From the NCBI RefSeq assembly GCF_018977255.1, contig NW_024704748.1:18166001-18230000 (forward strand): 64,000 nucleotides of DNA, given 5' to 3'. The notes below the pieces were generated by a model that ran no database searches, was not told the DNA's origin, and was given only the letters and a program-made list of their open reading frames with translations. The position numbers were made by a program, and so were the translations under genes. Positions within the stretch are counted from its first letter, which is position 1. Every line of letters starts with the position of its first letter. This document shows, in pieces, positions 45,707 to 59,253 of this stretch. Source of the DNA: Callorhinchus milii. Its lineage: Eukaryota.

Positions 45707-48089
45707 CACAAGAATTGTTTCTAAATTCTGAGATTTATTTGTGTTAAAGTCAAACAATTGCAAAGGTGCCTGTGTAATATTGTGCTAATTAATTACTGTA
45801 CATCAAGTTGTGATACAAAGTAATAAGGATAAAAATTGTGTTGCCAAATAATAGGCTTCAATATTCTGAAATCCCGACACTTGATGATTGTATAAACGCT
45901 ACCTTTGCATTGATATACTGCTGTATTATGTTAAATATATGTAGTTATATTTACATTGTATAATTGTTTTTTCCTTTTATGTATAGTAAAATGACATTTG
46001 AATAGTAATACAACAATAACAAACTACATTTATATAACGCCTTTCACGTTGGGAAGACCTCGCAAATATCTCAAAAATGATCCTTTACAAATGGATCATT
46101 ATTTTGATAAATTTGAGGAAAATTGAATAAATGCTTGGGAGTTACATAATCCTTGTGAAGGTAATGCAGATCATTTGATATAGTACCTAAAACATTGAAA
46201 CACACTCTTCATAGGAATCACTGTCTCATGCAGTGATTATCTGACGGCAAATATTGTAACAGATTTGCAGACAACAAATGCCACACACAAACATCAAGCG
46301 AATGACAACATTATCTGGAGATTTTTTAGCCAGAACACAGGGGAAAATTTTCTTTTTAAATATTGTCATGGGATCTTTAACTTGCATTTGAACAAGCCTG
46401 TGGGACCTCAGTTTATGCTGTCATCTCAAAAAGGCAGCATCTCTTGGGGAGTCACCCTAAACTGTGAACTTGAGCCTGTCATGTTTGAGACTGCTACCAT
46501 CTGAGCCAAACTGATGTTTCAAGTTTAAATTATTAAGTAAGGTTTTGTGACAATCATAACTGGAAGCTGATTACAATTTTGGAAATTTCCAAATTAACAT
46601 TTAAAGGAAATATTACAGTGACATCTGCTGGAAATAATCAGCACTGTATTAAAAGATAAAGATCTACATGAGAATTCACTCTTCTTGAACTGAGTCTGGA
46701 GTGGTTTCTGCTCCAAATTACTATAAAAATATAAGCAATGCCCCATTGCTCCTGTAGCGATAACTAGGATTTATATTGGGCCAGTTGTTTGTACTACACT
46801 TGAGATTCGTTGACCTATTTCTTTAAAAACAGTGGGGTTTAATAATATTTAATAACAATCAATTAAATTCCTTCATTGATTGAATTTTACTGTATATTTT
46901 AATTGTTTCATTGGCCTCTCAACACATTGCTTTGATATTGGATCTCCTTCGCCCTAGGCTTAGCAAACTAGCAGGAAAACTTAATCTTGAAGAACATCGC
47001 TGCTAAATTTTGTTGTGGGTGACCATGAACTCTCCTACATTCAGCTTGTTTAAGCAATGAATAAACATAAATTTTCACATAAAAAATGAATTTCCCAGTG
47101 GGGTCTGCCATTATCATTAGTGCAATTAACTAAAAGTGACATTACAACAACAACAACAAGAAGATTCCATTTATAAAGCGCCTTTCACGTCAGGAGGACG
47201 TCCCAAGGCGCTGCACAGTTGGGTCATGACCCGAGCAGGGGGGATTACTGATAGATCTGCAACATCCCTGACTTGATGTCAGTCTGTACTTTCAAAGAAC
47301 ATGTGGAACTGTTTGTTATAAATCTGCACATACATCAATGTGATGCCACACACAAAATTTGCTTACAGAGGTATTAACATTGCAACGGCATTCTGTCCCA
47401 AGTTACAAAGTCAGCTGCGGCTATTTTTCTGTGGTTTACCACAAATTGCAGCAATCAGTCAATCAAAGTTTATAATAAGTCTATAATTTGGACAGACTGA
47501 ACAATAATATAGTTTCTTAAAAAATGTGAATAAACATAACCCTAATTCCTATTCAATGCTGAGAATGATTTGTAACCACATTTTTCTTTAAATCTACGAT
47601 ATATTTATTTACGAATGGGTCAAGCACTTTATAGAATTTGTAACTTTCAGTCAGGAATCTGATTAGGTAAACAATAGACTTCAGTCTGGACCTGTAATCG
47701 GCTGCAGCTATTTGAATGAATCATTAATAGTATATGTACACTACACTATTCCCTTGTGACTTGCAGTGAAGTAAAATCTAATCTCATTCCACTTCACATC
47801 TCAATAATTCAAGTCACATGATTTGATTGCAAACGCCTGTCCTGTTTCTGTCCTCTAAGGTGCCTGCTGTCATAATTTTTTTNGCTGAAAGCGAAATAAG
47901 TGTTATATCCACGTATATCTGCATAGATTTAAAAGAAGAAAATAGAGGGGTTTGAGGAGAGGGGGTTAGGAGAGAGATTGGCTCACATGAAGTATAAACT
48001 CACTTGGTGGAATACAAAATTGATGCTTCAGTTTTACAAAGCCTTGGTCAGACCTACCTCGGGTACTGTGTTCTGTTTTGGGCACCGTA

Positions 48090-48280
48090 CATTGGGCAAG
48101 TTTCCTTACTCCACATACGTGTTTACTTAGCAGTGAGTAGGAAGCCGGTTGTTAGTCGATCGGCAGATCGTTTTTCTGGTCTTAATAATGCCTTCAAAAA
48201 AGTAAACATAATAATTTGGTCACTGAATCCACAACTGTTTGTGGGACACTGCCGTGCACAATTTGTGCCGCATTTCGCCT
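48090..48280 (+). mobile_element. tRNA/CORE-like SINE internal fragment, preceded by a CR1 fragment at about 48030-48090
   Basis: 'ttgggcaagtttccttactccac...gttgttagtcgatcggcagatcg...ctgtttgtgggacactgcc'. Confidence 0.75.
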
Positions 48281-48679
48281 CTCCGGCAGAACAAACCCGA
48301 CCTGAACCTGGTGACCAAGTTCTCAAAGATCAGATAGTCCTGCGCGGCGCGCGCGCGCGTGAGCGTGTGTGTGAACCTACAAGTTTATCTCTGTTTAGAA
48401 TCAATCCCAAAATGTGACGTTTGTGCATAGCTCCAAAAGGTAAAAGGTATGACAAAAATTAAAATGGGTGCAGCCCAAAAGTCAACCAAACGGTTGCCTT
48501 GAAGTAGCCCAACATGAGGAGTTGCCTCCTGTTGGTCAGCAGAGTGGCCAACTCAGGTTAGTGCTTCGAGACTGTGTGAGAGGAGGTCTTCAATGGGGAA
48601 AATAAAATACGTTTTGCGGGTTTCCATTAAAAGTATAAAAAAATTAGGCACCGTTTTTAATCACTCAGCACAAGACACA

Positions 48680-49460
48680 CCCAACGCGCTCACTGGCACC
48701 GATGCTCTCACTTTGCTGCCCGTGTGATGGACGTGAGCGGCCGCTGGAGGCGCTGTGTGGGCGAGAGAGTGGGGGGTGGGGGGGGGGGGAAGAGAGAGAG
48801 AGAGAGAGGTGGCTCAGGCGCATGCGCGCTGACGGGTTCGGCTCCAGTCAGTTCCGGGGCCTCGAGCTGTGGCTGCGACGCGAGGGAGGCGGAAGCGCGA
48901 GGCTCCGGGCAGAGAAAGTTCATGGCTCTCGGGAGGCGGCGGCCCCCGCTCTGGCCCTGAGGCTCGGAGGCGTGTGGGGGGGGGAAGAGGAGGGGAGGGG
49001 GAGGTAAAGTGGGGGGGGAAGGGGCGCCAATGGAGAGCGGCGCGGTGACCCCGGGCGGCCCGCACCGCTTCCCGAACGGCTGCACACCTCTGAGCCACCA
49101 GGTCGCCGGACACAAGTATGGGAAGTCCAAGCTCGGTGAGTGCCGTCCCCCCCACTCCCCACTCCCCCACTCCCCTCCCTCTCCTCTCCCCCACTCCCCT
49201 CCCTCTCCCCCCCCCCCCCCCCAACACCCCGCTGTCTCGTCGCAGCACCGATTGGCGGCTCCTTCCCTCCCTCGGGCTGTCACACGGCGCCCTCCTCCCC
49301 AACTGCCATCTCTACCTCTTCCCCCACTGAAGCCGTTATTTACACCCTTCACGACAGGAGGAGGAGGAGGAAGGTGGGGGCGGCCTCTCGTTCAGTCAAA
49401 CTGGTACCTGTACTCAACGGAGGTAGCGCCGCGCCCTGAGGCCAGAGTCCCCCCCCCCCC
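48680..49460 (+). promoter_or_regulatory. CpG-island promoter of IPMK
   Basis: Palindromic NRF-1 core GCGCATGCGC at 48818-48827, ETS/GABP CGGAAG at about 48890, high CpG density. Confidence 0.8.
49030..49135 (+). CDS. IPMK: Inositol polyphosphate multikinase, exon 1
   Basis: MESGAVTPGGPHRFPNGCTPLSHQVAGHKYGKSKL(G)|GTGAG. Conserved PLSHQVAGH motif. Choice of start codon is inferred. Confidence 0.9.
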
Positions 49461-51459
49461 CGACACACACACACACACTCAGCTTCTGACCTCTTTCCTC
49501 TCGCACCTTTGACTTCTGTGGGATCATTCATTGGACCCTCAGGTGGGTGGTTTGGGGCTTTAGTAAAGGTCAAGTATCACCTCATCTTCTGTATTTTTAT
49601 TTATTATAAGGAGAGAGAGAGAGAGAGGCTGAAGGGGGGAACTCAAAGTTTTAAACCTGGGGGGGTGGGGGGGGGGGGAAGCTTAATACTTTCCAAGGCA
49701 GAAGTTGCTCATTAAATGCGGGACTGTTGCTGTATGTGGACTATTTTGTTTTGTTTTACTTTTATTGGTTCTTGTTATGCTCCACTGAATTAGAATGTGG
49801 ATTAATGTTTAATCTTGATCATCATTCCACGGTCCATTTTGGCCCCCACAGTTGCTTGCAATAATGAGCACTGTATATCCTTCCTTAATGTGGCCCTTCT
49901 TGAGATTGGGCAACTTAGCAATGAACGGTGATTCATTCAACCTCTACTGATCTCTGTGGCTATTTCACAATTGGCAGTGCTTTTACAACGAAGCTATCAA
50001 GGGAACCTTTTTTGGCATGTGTTTTTTTTCAAAGAATAAAGCAGAATTTTTTTTGTAGCTCTTCTTGACCTGTGACACCAATTTTCTAACTTGGAGTTCC
50101 TTGATTACTGGGGAAGGTATGTAAAGGCCAGTAATGCTGACTCCTAACGATGCTGGGTTCTCATTCTTTTGGAGAAGGAATGAAGACTCATTTTCGTTTA
50201 CCTTTTCACTCTTTGTTGCAGCCACCCATGGACCAAAGGTAAATATGGGTAGGGCTAGCAATTCAATATTTTGATTTCAGGGTTAGGGGAAGAGGTGAAG
50301 TGCATTTCCTTCCTTCAAGACAGTGATGTGTGAAGTGAGACAGATGCTGGGCTACATTACCAAATCAGCTAAATTGAATTCTCTAGAAGTCGTGCTGAAT
50401 CTATAATGTGCTGTGACATAAATAGGCGTGACACAGGAGAGTAACGAGGCAAATACTCAGTATTAAGAGGGATGAGTGGTAAGGAAAGAGGAATATATAA
50501 ACTAGGGTTTTGTAGCATTGAAAAAGCATCTCAGAGAGGACGTTTATAGAATTATGTAAGAAAATTAACTGGATAGAAAGTAAATCCTAAACTATACTTG
50601 GACTAGACTTGTATTTTTTTTAAATAAGCATTCTGCTGTTGTGGGAACACCACAAATTGTCATTGAGTTAAAGTTTTGATTCAATATAAAGCCTCCAGAT
50701 AAACAAGTGCGCATAGATTAATGTCTACTCCAAGTGGTATGTTGATGATTAGATTTGTGTAAGCTCTTACTATGCTCAATTTATTTTCCTCCTTACACTT
50801 GTAATTTTTCTGCGTGGTAAGATGTGATGCTGCAGTTTTTTAAAAATCTTAGTTGTGCTGTGAGGAGAGCAGAGTTTATGTACATTCTTACTGAAAGGAA
50901 GGGAAAATGAGCAGAGTACACTTCTTTCCCACATAACTATGTCTAGAAACATTGCCTATTTTGCAGGATTGAGTGGAATATAATACTGAATGACTAAACA
51001 AATGGTAACTGAACAGATGAAGAGTGCAAAATATAGCCAAATGTCATATATGCCTAGCTGGTATTGTCCAACTCTTTTTAATTTTTGTTTTGACATGTCT
51101 CCGCTCCAAATCTTGATGAGTTAAACCGTCAACTATGAACAACGTCTTAGATAATTAAGGGTTTTCTCCTTGGAACAAATATTGCCCTCAGAGGTTCATA
51201 AGAAATGCTAAGTTGGATACCACGTCCTGTAATACAGTATCTTGAATCTCTCTCTGTCCAACCTACCTGAAGGTGCAGTGAAGTTGGGATTGAGGCTTTG
51301 TTGGCATAGTTTTGTGCTTTCAGCTACTTTGAGTTGCTATCATTTGTATACTGTAATATGATTGCATTGACGTTGATGCAAGCCTTATTTGTGAATGTTT
51401 GAATCATGAACAATTTTGTATTATGGATCCATGGTCATCATGAATGGGTTGAGTTTGCA

Positions 51460-51822
51460 TAATAATAATTCTTGTATTTGATGTAGCGCCTTATCACGTC
51501 TTTGAGATGTCTCAAAGTGCTTCACAGAATATACTGTAAAGTGTATTTTGTGGGAGAAGTGCAGCAGCGCACAGCAGTGTCCCACAGTCATGGATTGTGT
51601 GACCAAGTTACTATTATGTATTATTTATTTATTTTGAAGGGATTATTACCCCCAGAAAAGTGATTTGCCAATCAATGAAGTACCGGGTTCTGATGTTCTC
51701 CTAGGTAATCGGAGGAGTGTGGAGTAAGGAAACTTGCCAAACGTTTTGCCTGGCCCGGGAATCAAGCCCGGGTCTTGTCATTTGAGAGGCGAGTTCTCTA
51801 ACCACTAAGCTACAGGAATCCA
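51460..51822 (-). mobile_element. Near full-length tRNA/CORE-like SINE (long form)
   Basis: Tail (aat)n at 51460, head ending ...ctaaccactaagctacagga at about 51820. Confidence 0.9.
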
Positions 51823-53385
51823 CTTATTTAAGCTCATATAAGATCATTTTATGTAGGATTTTTAGAGCCTGAAGAGATATAATTCTCTTTACAACACATT
51901 TGAACTTTGCTCTAGGAGTGAAAGGACTGAAACTTATTTAGAAATAAATAAGAGCTGTTTACTTTTTTAAAATTAACTTGGGAAACATATGTTTTTTTGA
52001 CAACGTCATAAGATATATTAGCAGTAGTGTTTGAATATGTACCCTGTTGATTACATTGTCAAAATTGTTTCACTTTTGGGTGAGGTGGAATCATAGTTTT
52101 ACTGTGGGAGATCATTTTAGAAAACCTATTTCCTACTGATTAAGCAGTTTTCCATTTGAGGTTCAGAAAGGTGCAGGAAAAATGCCAATGTTTAGATGAC
52201 AGTGTGTTTGTTTATGTTGAGATTAGGGCAATAATTTAGGATTGCCTTTGAATTTGATATATGTTGCTTCAAGGGACTTCTTAATTTGTACTTCATTGAA
52301 GCTTAGGGTTTTCTCTTCCGTAAACGTCTTCAGCACAATCGATTACTGGGGAAGAAAAATAAATGCAGGGGTGGAGATGACATTAGGATTTGGCTGTTGT
52401 CCATGTGCCTGTTTTGTTATCCCGCCCTGATATCTCTCTCTGCACCCCATCCCCTTCAATTTTTTNGAGCTGGTTGGACTTGACTTTGAGCAGAGGTTGA
52501 TGTGTACCAATTCAATGGTTGGAAAATTTGCACTTTTCATTTGACAAAAGAGAATATTTTCCCACCTAAATCCTTGAATACTTGTTGGACACAATGATAC
52601 TGTGAGTAAGAAGTTCAAACTATCAAACATGTTGGCTATTCAAAGATAAGAACTGAACATTGTAAAATTGGACATGTTTCCCACTCAGTCCTCCCCAAAT
52701 TATATTCCTGTATCTTAGCCCTATTCTGTTTTTTTCCCTGAAGAACCAATAGTAATTGATTCTTGAATTATAAACAGCAAGGTTTTCTCAAGGCTGATAA
52801 CAATCCTTCAGATGTATTTTATAATCTACACCTATGAAGAGCATTTTAAGTTTTCACATTGAATGACCAGCACTTCAGCTGATTAAATTCACTCCTTGGG
52901 TCAATAGCCGTTTGTGTTCTTGTTCATAGTTTCACTGGGGAATCTGCCAAGCATTGAGACAGAGTTATATCTTTTTACAGTAATTGCTTCTGTGCATTTC
53001 TCAAATTTAAAAGGATAAACTGGAGCCACATGTATCAATCCGATGAAGCAGAGTGAATCATAATGCTAAAGACATTTTGAGATTTTTTTCTAATAGAAAA
53101 ATTATGTTTAATTTGTTTTTACTTCAGTATGAAGGTTCTGTCTTGAGAATTTTCTGTTGATAAAAAATTGACAAGGTGTATATTGAACCAAAAAAGAAAA
53201 TTGTGTTTAAGTATTTTATAGTTTTTTTATGATCAAGAATTTGGGCAAATTCCAATCCTCATATTTAGCCAGCTAGCTACATGTGCAGGATAAAATTGAT
53301 CTTTTTAAGGAGGGCACATTAGTTTGCAATAAAAATACATAGTGAAGAGGTTTGTAGAAATTCATTGCTATTTGTCCTCTCCTAG

Positions 53386-53471
53386 GTATATTGCAGCATC
53401 CAGACGGCACAGTCCTGAAACAGTTACAACCCCCTCCTCGTGGGCCCAGAGAGTTAAATTTCTACAATATG
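53386..53471 (+). CDS. IPMK: IPMK exon 2 (86 bp)
   Basis: GILQHPDGTVLKQLQPPPRGPRELNFYNM. Acceptor cctag, donor ATG|GTAAT. Confidence 0.97.
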
Positions 53472-54994
53472 GTAATTGCTGTTTTGAATAGAAAATTATG
53501 CAAGGTGAAATCTATTCTCCACCTCACTATAAACCTAAATCTATATATAATCTATTTATGCACAGTTGCTGTAACTAATGTGCTGCATCAATATATGATA
53601 GATAGTGATTCCAATATGGTTGATGTGATGGACAAGGGAGACTCAGTCGATTCAATGCATTTTGGCTTTTAGAAAGATGGTGCTCCACTGATTGGTTTAA
53701 AAAATATGGGATGGGTCAGAACTTTGAAGTGGATCTGAGATTGATTGAATCAGAGGAAGCAAAGAGAATGTAACATTGGACTTCTGGGATTCCTCAGGGA
53801 TCTCTGCTGTGATTCACAATGATTGTACATCTAGGTAAATTGGAAGCATCCAATTCAGCTGACAGTGGCAGATGTCATTGTATTTTGATAAAAACAATGA
53901 TGAAACCAGGGAAGGGGAATTAGTGCAATAATAAGATGCACAATAATAGGCTGGATATATATATAGTGGTACATAGCTTTCTGAAACGGAAATGCAATAT
54001 GCTACAGGAGTGTAGAAAGCAAAGTATAATCAAGAATAGAACAGAAGTCCTGGAAAGTAATCTGTTTCACAAGAGAGATTTTGTGGAATTTTGTATATGT
54101 ACGCTTTAATACTATTATCTGTCTGCTACGAAAACAACATACAATGCAAATGGAGTGAATTAAGTAATGCTGTTGCTGGCGCAGGAGATTCCATATGGTG
54201 CCAAAAAGCAGCTTGGCAAGGTTGCTTTTTTCACAAAATGCAGAATTCAGTACAGTATTTCACACTTACATTTTGTCTCAAAGATCAATTTATTATGAAC
54301 ACAGATTTATCTTGAACCGCGATGCCCTTTTAAGCACATGGCAATTTAATTAAAACATGTTCTCATTTGGGACTTTCACCTCAAGGTTCATTGTTTTTTC
54401 TAATTACTTCATAAGTGAAGGATTTGCAAATTGATGATGTGCCTGTTTCTAAAGTCAATGAAGTTCTTTAATCAGAAAAGGGTCTTCATCTACATTTTTA
54501 TTATTATTATTATTATTGGTGTCCTTAGTTCCACTTTGTTTTGACTTGAATATTTGCTGTTTTTCCTTGCTGTTTTCCTTCCAAAAAATAGATTTAATAT
54601 TTCTTACCTGCATTTGACCATGTTAATGAGTTCTAAATCTTGGACCAGTAGAATATTTTTTAACTTCATAGAAACACAAATCATTTGTGAAAGCTGTGGT
54701 AGAATTTTGCTGCAGTATAGTTAGTGAGAGAGAGATGATGAGCATTGTTCCAGTAAGGAATATAATGATTAAACACAACGTAAGAGAGCATGGAATAGGA
54801 ACAAAAAAGCCATTTTGCCAACTTTCACAGAACATGCACACATTTACCCCATCATGAGCTAACCTCACCCATCTTTATCTTCTGGTGGAAGATTCTTCAT
54901 ATATACACTTCCAAATCCCCAATTCTATTCAAGCAGAATTCTAGAACTTGAATCTATTTTGTACCTTCACCGCTTTTCCCCATTCTTCCCATCT

Positions 54995-55330
54995 CCTCCC
55001 CATCATATGAATTTCGGCCAAAATCCTGATTCACACCTTTATCTCCTGACTCAACTTATCAAATGCACTCCTTGCTGGCCTCCCCAGTTCCAAAACTAAA
55101 ACTCAGCTGCCAACAAACTCATCTGCAATAAACTGTGCGCTCAGTGCCCATTCCTTGTATGGCTCTCTGTCTCCCAAAAGATCATCTTCAAGTTTCTCAC
55201 CCATGAATCCTTTCATGCCCAAGCACCTCCCTAACTCTGAGATCTTGTCCTACCTCAGCTTTCTGCTTGCCCCCTCTGCTTGGCTAACCTTTGCCTGCTA
55301 CACAACCCCCCAACCTCTTCTAAGCCATTA
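54995..55330 (+). mobile_element. Old L2-type LINE fragment
   Basis: 'aaatcctgattcacaccttt...aatgcactccttgctggcctcccc...tggctc...tcttcaag' (ETLIHAF/NALLAGLP-like region, degenerate). Confidence 0.55.
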
Positions 55331-55829
55331 TTGATATGTGAGTCTTCAACAATTATGTCCTTGTCCTCTACTCTTTTGTCACACATTTATATTTTTAAAT
55401 CTGCATCATTGACTGAGTTTACGGTCACCTCCATGGTCCCCTTCTTCCCTTGCTTGTCACTTGCAAGAAGTAGTAACTATTGCATATTAGTTCAGTTGAA
55501 TTCTGCACTGACTCATAATTAAACAGTCTGTATGGTATGCATCTGTAAACTTGTTTCAAAGTTATCTGAATATTTTAATGTGGCATTCAAACTGATATTT
55601 TACTAAGTTGCTTCCACTGTTGCACAGATATATGTAGTTGTTGGAAGAGCTGCAAGAATGAACTTGCATCTTGTCACTCTGCAATGTGGCATGTTTGTAC
55701 ATGAATATGTTGCATCATTGGACATGACCAACCCATTCCCTATATTTATTCTTGTTAAATTTAATCAAACTGTGACAACAGGAAAAGAATGATTAATTGC
55801 CCTCTTCTGAAGAGTTGCAATGGAGTTCA

Positions 55830-55955
55830 TAATTGGCTGCCGCGTTTCGCCCACAGAACATACAATCAATTCAATTTACAGTATATTCTGTGAAGCGCTT
55901 TGAGATGTTTAGAAGACGTGATAAGACGCAATATCAAATGCAAGGATTATTATAA
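55830..55955 (+). mobile_element. SINE 3' tail fragment
   Basis: 'aattggctgccgcgtttcgcccaca...tgtgaagcgctttgaga...atcaaatgcaaggattattat'. Confidence 0.85.
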
Positions 55956-57264
55956 CTACAGTGCCTCACATGATGACTTCCTAGTCTTATAGGGTAAGTA
56001 GTGGGTCACCATAGAGAGGCACAATGTTTTCCTTTGGAGGGATGGAGAAAAGAATAGTTGCCCAAATTTGCATACATAAATTTGTTAGTCACATTGATGT
56101 GGGTTGGAGATTTAAAAAGTACTTTCTTTTAACCCTTCTTTCTCATTCACTAATTCTCCCAGTGAACCAATTCAATAGTTTCTAGAATGACATGGGTACT
56201 GTACATATTGTACATCATGGAAGTTGGAGTGCAGTTTAACCATACTATTTTATTGTCAGTCATTATTACAATGCATGAACCTGAAGAAAGTAGATTACAA
56301 AGGCCAGGTCTTATCAAAAAGGAGCAGCAATGTGATGTGCCATAATGCTAACGGGCAGTGATGAGTAGCACTACGTTTAACCTTTCACAATGTAGTGCAG
56401 AGATGATTATGGTGTAATCATGTTGAATATTATACATGTATAGAAGTTTCAGTGAAGTGGAAGAATAGTAAATAGTCCCATGCCAGAGTTCAGGAGGCAG
56501 TTTCACAGCATTTTCTCATTATGCAATAAAATCATTATACAGACACACTGAGTTCATTCTAATCTGTCAGCAGATCCCTGTTCTTGTTAATAGGCTTCAT
56601 TTGTGCTTAATTGCCCATAAAGTGTTTCTTTGTTTTGTGGTCAACATTTACTAGATCATTGGAAATTTGGGGGGTTTTATTTGTTGTTTGCCTGTTTATT
56701 TGGCTTTTTTTGGTTGCATAACACACTATTTTGTGTTTAAGTTCCAGAGAGAAATATTTTGGCTGTTGCCTCCTGATGTGAATTTTGTTTTCCCTGAGTG
56801 AGGCTTTGTGTGTTTTGTTCTTCAAAGGCTATAAAGGGAAATAACATTCAAACAATCCACCCATTGTGACGTGTTAGATGCCTGTTAACTTTAAGCCACT
56901 AATAATGGTGGACGTAATCGGCTATCTACATTGTCAGCTGAGTAAGCGGTATTGTTTCACCAGAACTACCAGATTTTTTTCCCCCATGGGGTGTTTGTTT
57001 TGCAACCTGATGCTGAATGAAACACTGCAACAAGCAAGGAAAATTACTTCAAATTTGACCAGGGGGATTGCAGAAAAACAGAGATTGCACTGGGTACTGA
57101 TGAGAAAGCTTTTGAGAGCTGCTTTACACTTAAACAATCTAGTTAAATCTGGTTTCAAGAATCTAGGTTATCTGGCTGTTTGATTTGCTTGTGCCAGAAC
57201 AGTCAAGGTTGATCATTTTAGAACAGATACCAGGAAGTATTTCATTGCACAAATGCCTCCTGTC

Positions 57265-57632
57265 AGGACTTTGAACTCACAGCCCAGCATGTCACTCCAA
57301 TTCAGTGCTGGAATGCTCCCAGAGGTGCTTCCTTTGGAAAAGATGTTAAAATCATGGTCCTGCTGCCTTCTCAAATGGACTTAATGATCACATGGCACTG
57401 TTGAAAGAGAATGGAAGTTCTCCTGGTATCCTGGTCAATAATCCTCCAAATAAAATTGGTCACTCACTTGATGGCTGTTTGTGGGCTTTGCTGTTCTTAA
57501 ATTGGCTGCACCATTTGCCCACAAAATACAGTCACTCTGCTTTAAATTACAGTATCCTGTGAAGAGCTTTGAGACGTCCTCCTAATGTGAAAGGCTTTAT
57601 ATCAAATGTTGGGATTCTTATTGTTGTTGTTC
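57265..57632 (+). mobile_element. Deu-domain SINE, degenerate
   Basis: 'agaggtgcttcctttggaaaagatgttaaa...catggcactgttgaaagag...ttctcctggtatcctggtcaata' plus the shared tail. Confidence 0.7.
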
Positions 57633-57806
57633 GTTCCCGGAAAAAAAAAAGACTTGTAGCTTAGAAACAATTATGCATGCTGAGATGTTTTGGTGGTGCC
57701 CAACTTCCAGCTTTCGATTCTGTTTTTAATATGAATATCTGCTTCACATCACATCTAATTGTATATTTTGAATATTTTTTAAACTGAGTTTTCCTTCTTT
57801 TTTCAG

Positions 57807-57903
57807 GTATTTGGTTCATTGTGTCATGATCATGTGTTCTTAGAACTACAACAATTTTTGCCCAAGTTCCTTGGTACCTGGACACCAACTGCTGCACCTA
57901 ATG
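57807..57903 (+). CDS. IPMK: IPMK exon 3 (97 bp)
   Basis: VFGSLCHDHVFLELQQFLPKFLGTWTPTAAPN. Acceptor tttcag, donor G|GTATCCTTT. Confidence 0.94.
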
Positions 57904-59080
57904 GTATCCTTTTCATTAAACTCATCATCATATTCTGTATACATTTCCAAAATGTGTTACATTCTAGCTTTGTGGTGTTTTACACTAATGGTAACAATAA
58001 ATATTGGCACCAATAGTTGCCTATAGTAAAGTAACAAAAATGGTTTATTCAAACTACAGTAGTAACAATCAGCTATTGTTTAATTAAAAAATCAAGAACT
58101 TTTAATAAACTAAAATGACCCCCCTAATGGAATAGCATTTGAAAGAGATTTCAGTTCTGTAATCTCACATTAACTTTTGGTGAGAACCTTGCCTATTTTA
58201 TGAAGTGGTGAAGCTCTGAGGTGAGGTGCTTTGGCTTGAAGGGAATAATAAATGAGGGTGAGGACCTTGATGTTGATTTGTTGGGAGATGGGGAACCAGA
58301 AGAGCCGAAATAGGACATGCAGAGTTTGGTGTGGGCAGTGAAGATTTTTATCAGATGAAGCTTATGGGTGGTGGAACAAGGAAAGTGGTGGTGAATGCAT
58401 TTTAGAAGTCAGGTTAACCATTTAACAAATACTTTTTATGCTTGTATATGCCCTACCAATGTCTTTCTTGAGACAACTATTCTCCAAAAGAAGTGGGTGT
58501 AGGTTGGTGTTAGTCAATTTTGATAAAACAAGTGAGACTGAAAAAATTCTAGTATTCTTCCTTGTAGTTCTCCGAAATTGTTTTTGCTTCAAATCTGTCT
58601 ATGGTACCTGTGTATAAAGTACATTATCACTTTTATATTAATCATTCCAACATAGGTGTATTTTTTCTTGTTTCTTTATTTTTAACTTTCAAAAATATTT
58701 CCATGTCTGGTTTTGTTTTCCTTTAAATCAGTTGTTGTTGATTTTATACTTTGGTTGAATTGCAGGAAGCCTGATTTCAATTTGTTGCTCCCAATGACTC
58801 ACCAAGGACTGAGAAAATTCTGCATACACGCAGTTAAATGCATGCACAGAGTTGTGTTAAATGTTAGGTTTTAATATCAAATAGCTTGTTATACAACATG
58901 CCTTCTAAAAACAGTAAAAAAAGAGTAATTTTAATGTTCAAGGTTTATTTTGAGTTGGCAGTCTGGTAAAATAATCTGTTAAATGTTGTGTAATACTTAT
59001 TCCTTTCTATCAAAAATTAAGTAAACATAGAAGTGCTCTCATTTTAAATTCTCCTGAGTTTGCTCCTTTACATTTATCAG
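57904..59080 (+). other. Probable U12-type (minor spliceosome) GT-AG intron, IPMK intron 3
   Basis: 5' site GTATCCTTTT. Branch-like TCCTTTAC at 59064-59071, about 10 nt before the AG. Confidence 0.8.
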
Positions 59081-59253
59081 AATTGTACCTTAAACTGGAA
59101 GATGTGACACGCAAGTTCAACAAGCCATGCATCATGGATGTGAAAATAGGGAAAAAGAGCTATGACCCTGACGCTTGTGCTGAGAAGATACAGCAACAGA
59201 TCAGCAAATACCCTCTAATGGAAGAAATTGGTTTCTTATTGCTTGGCATGAGG
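59081..59253 (+). CDS. IPMK: IPMK exon 4 (173 bp; PxxxDxKxG motif)
   Basis: ELYLKLEDVTRKFNKPCIMDVKIGKKSYDP...GFLLLGMR|GTAAG. Confidence 0.97.
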
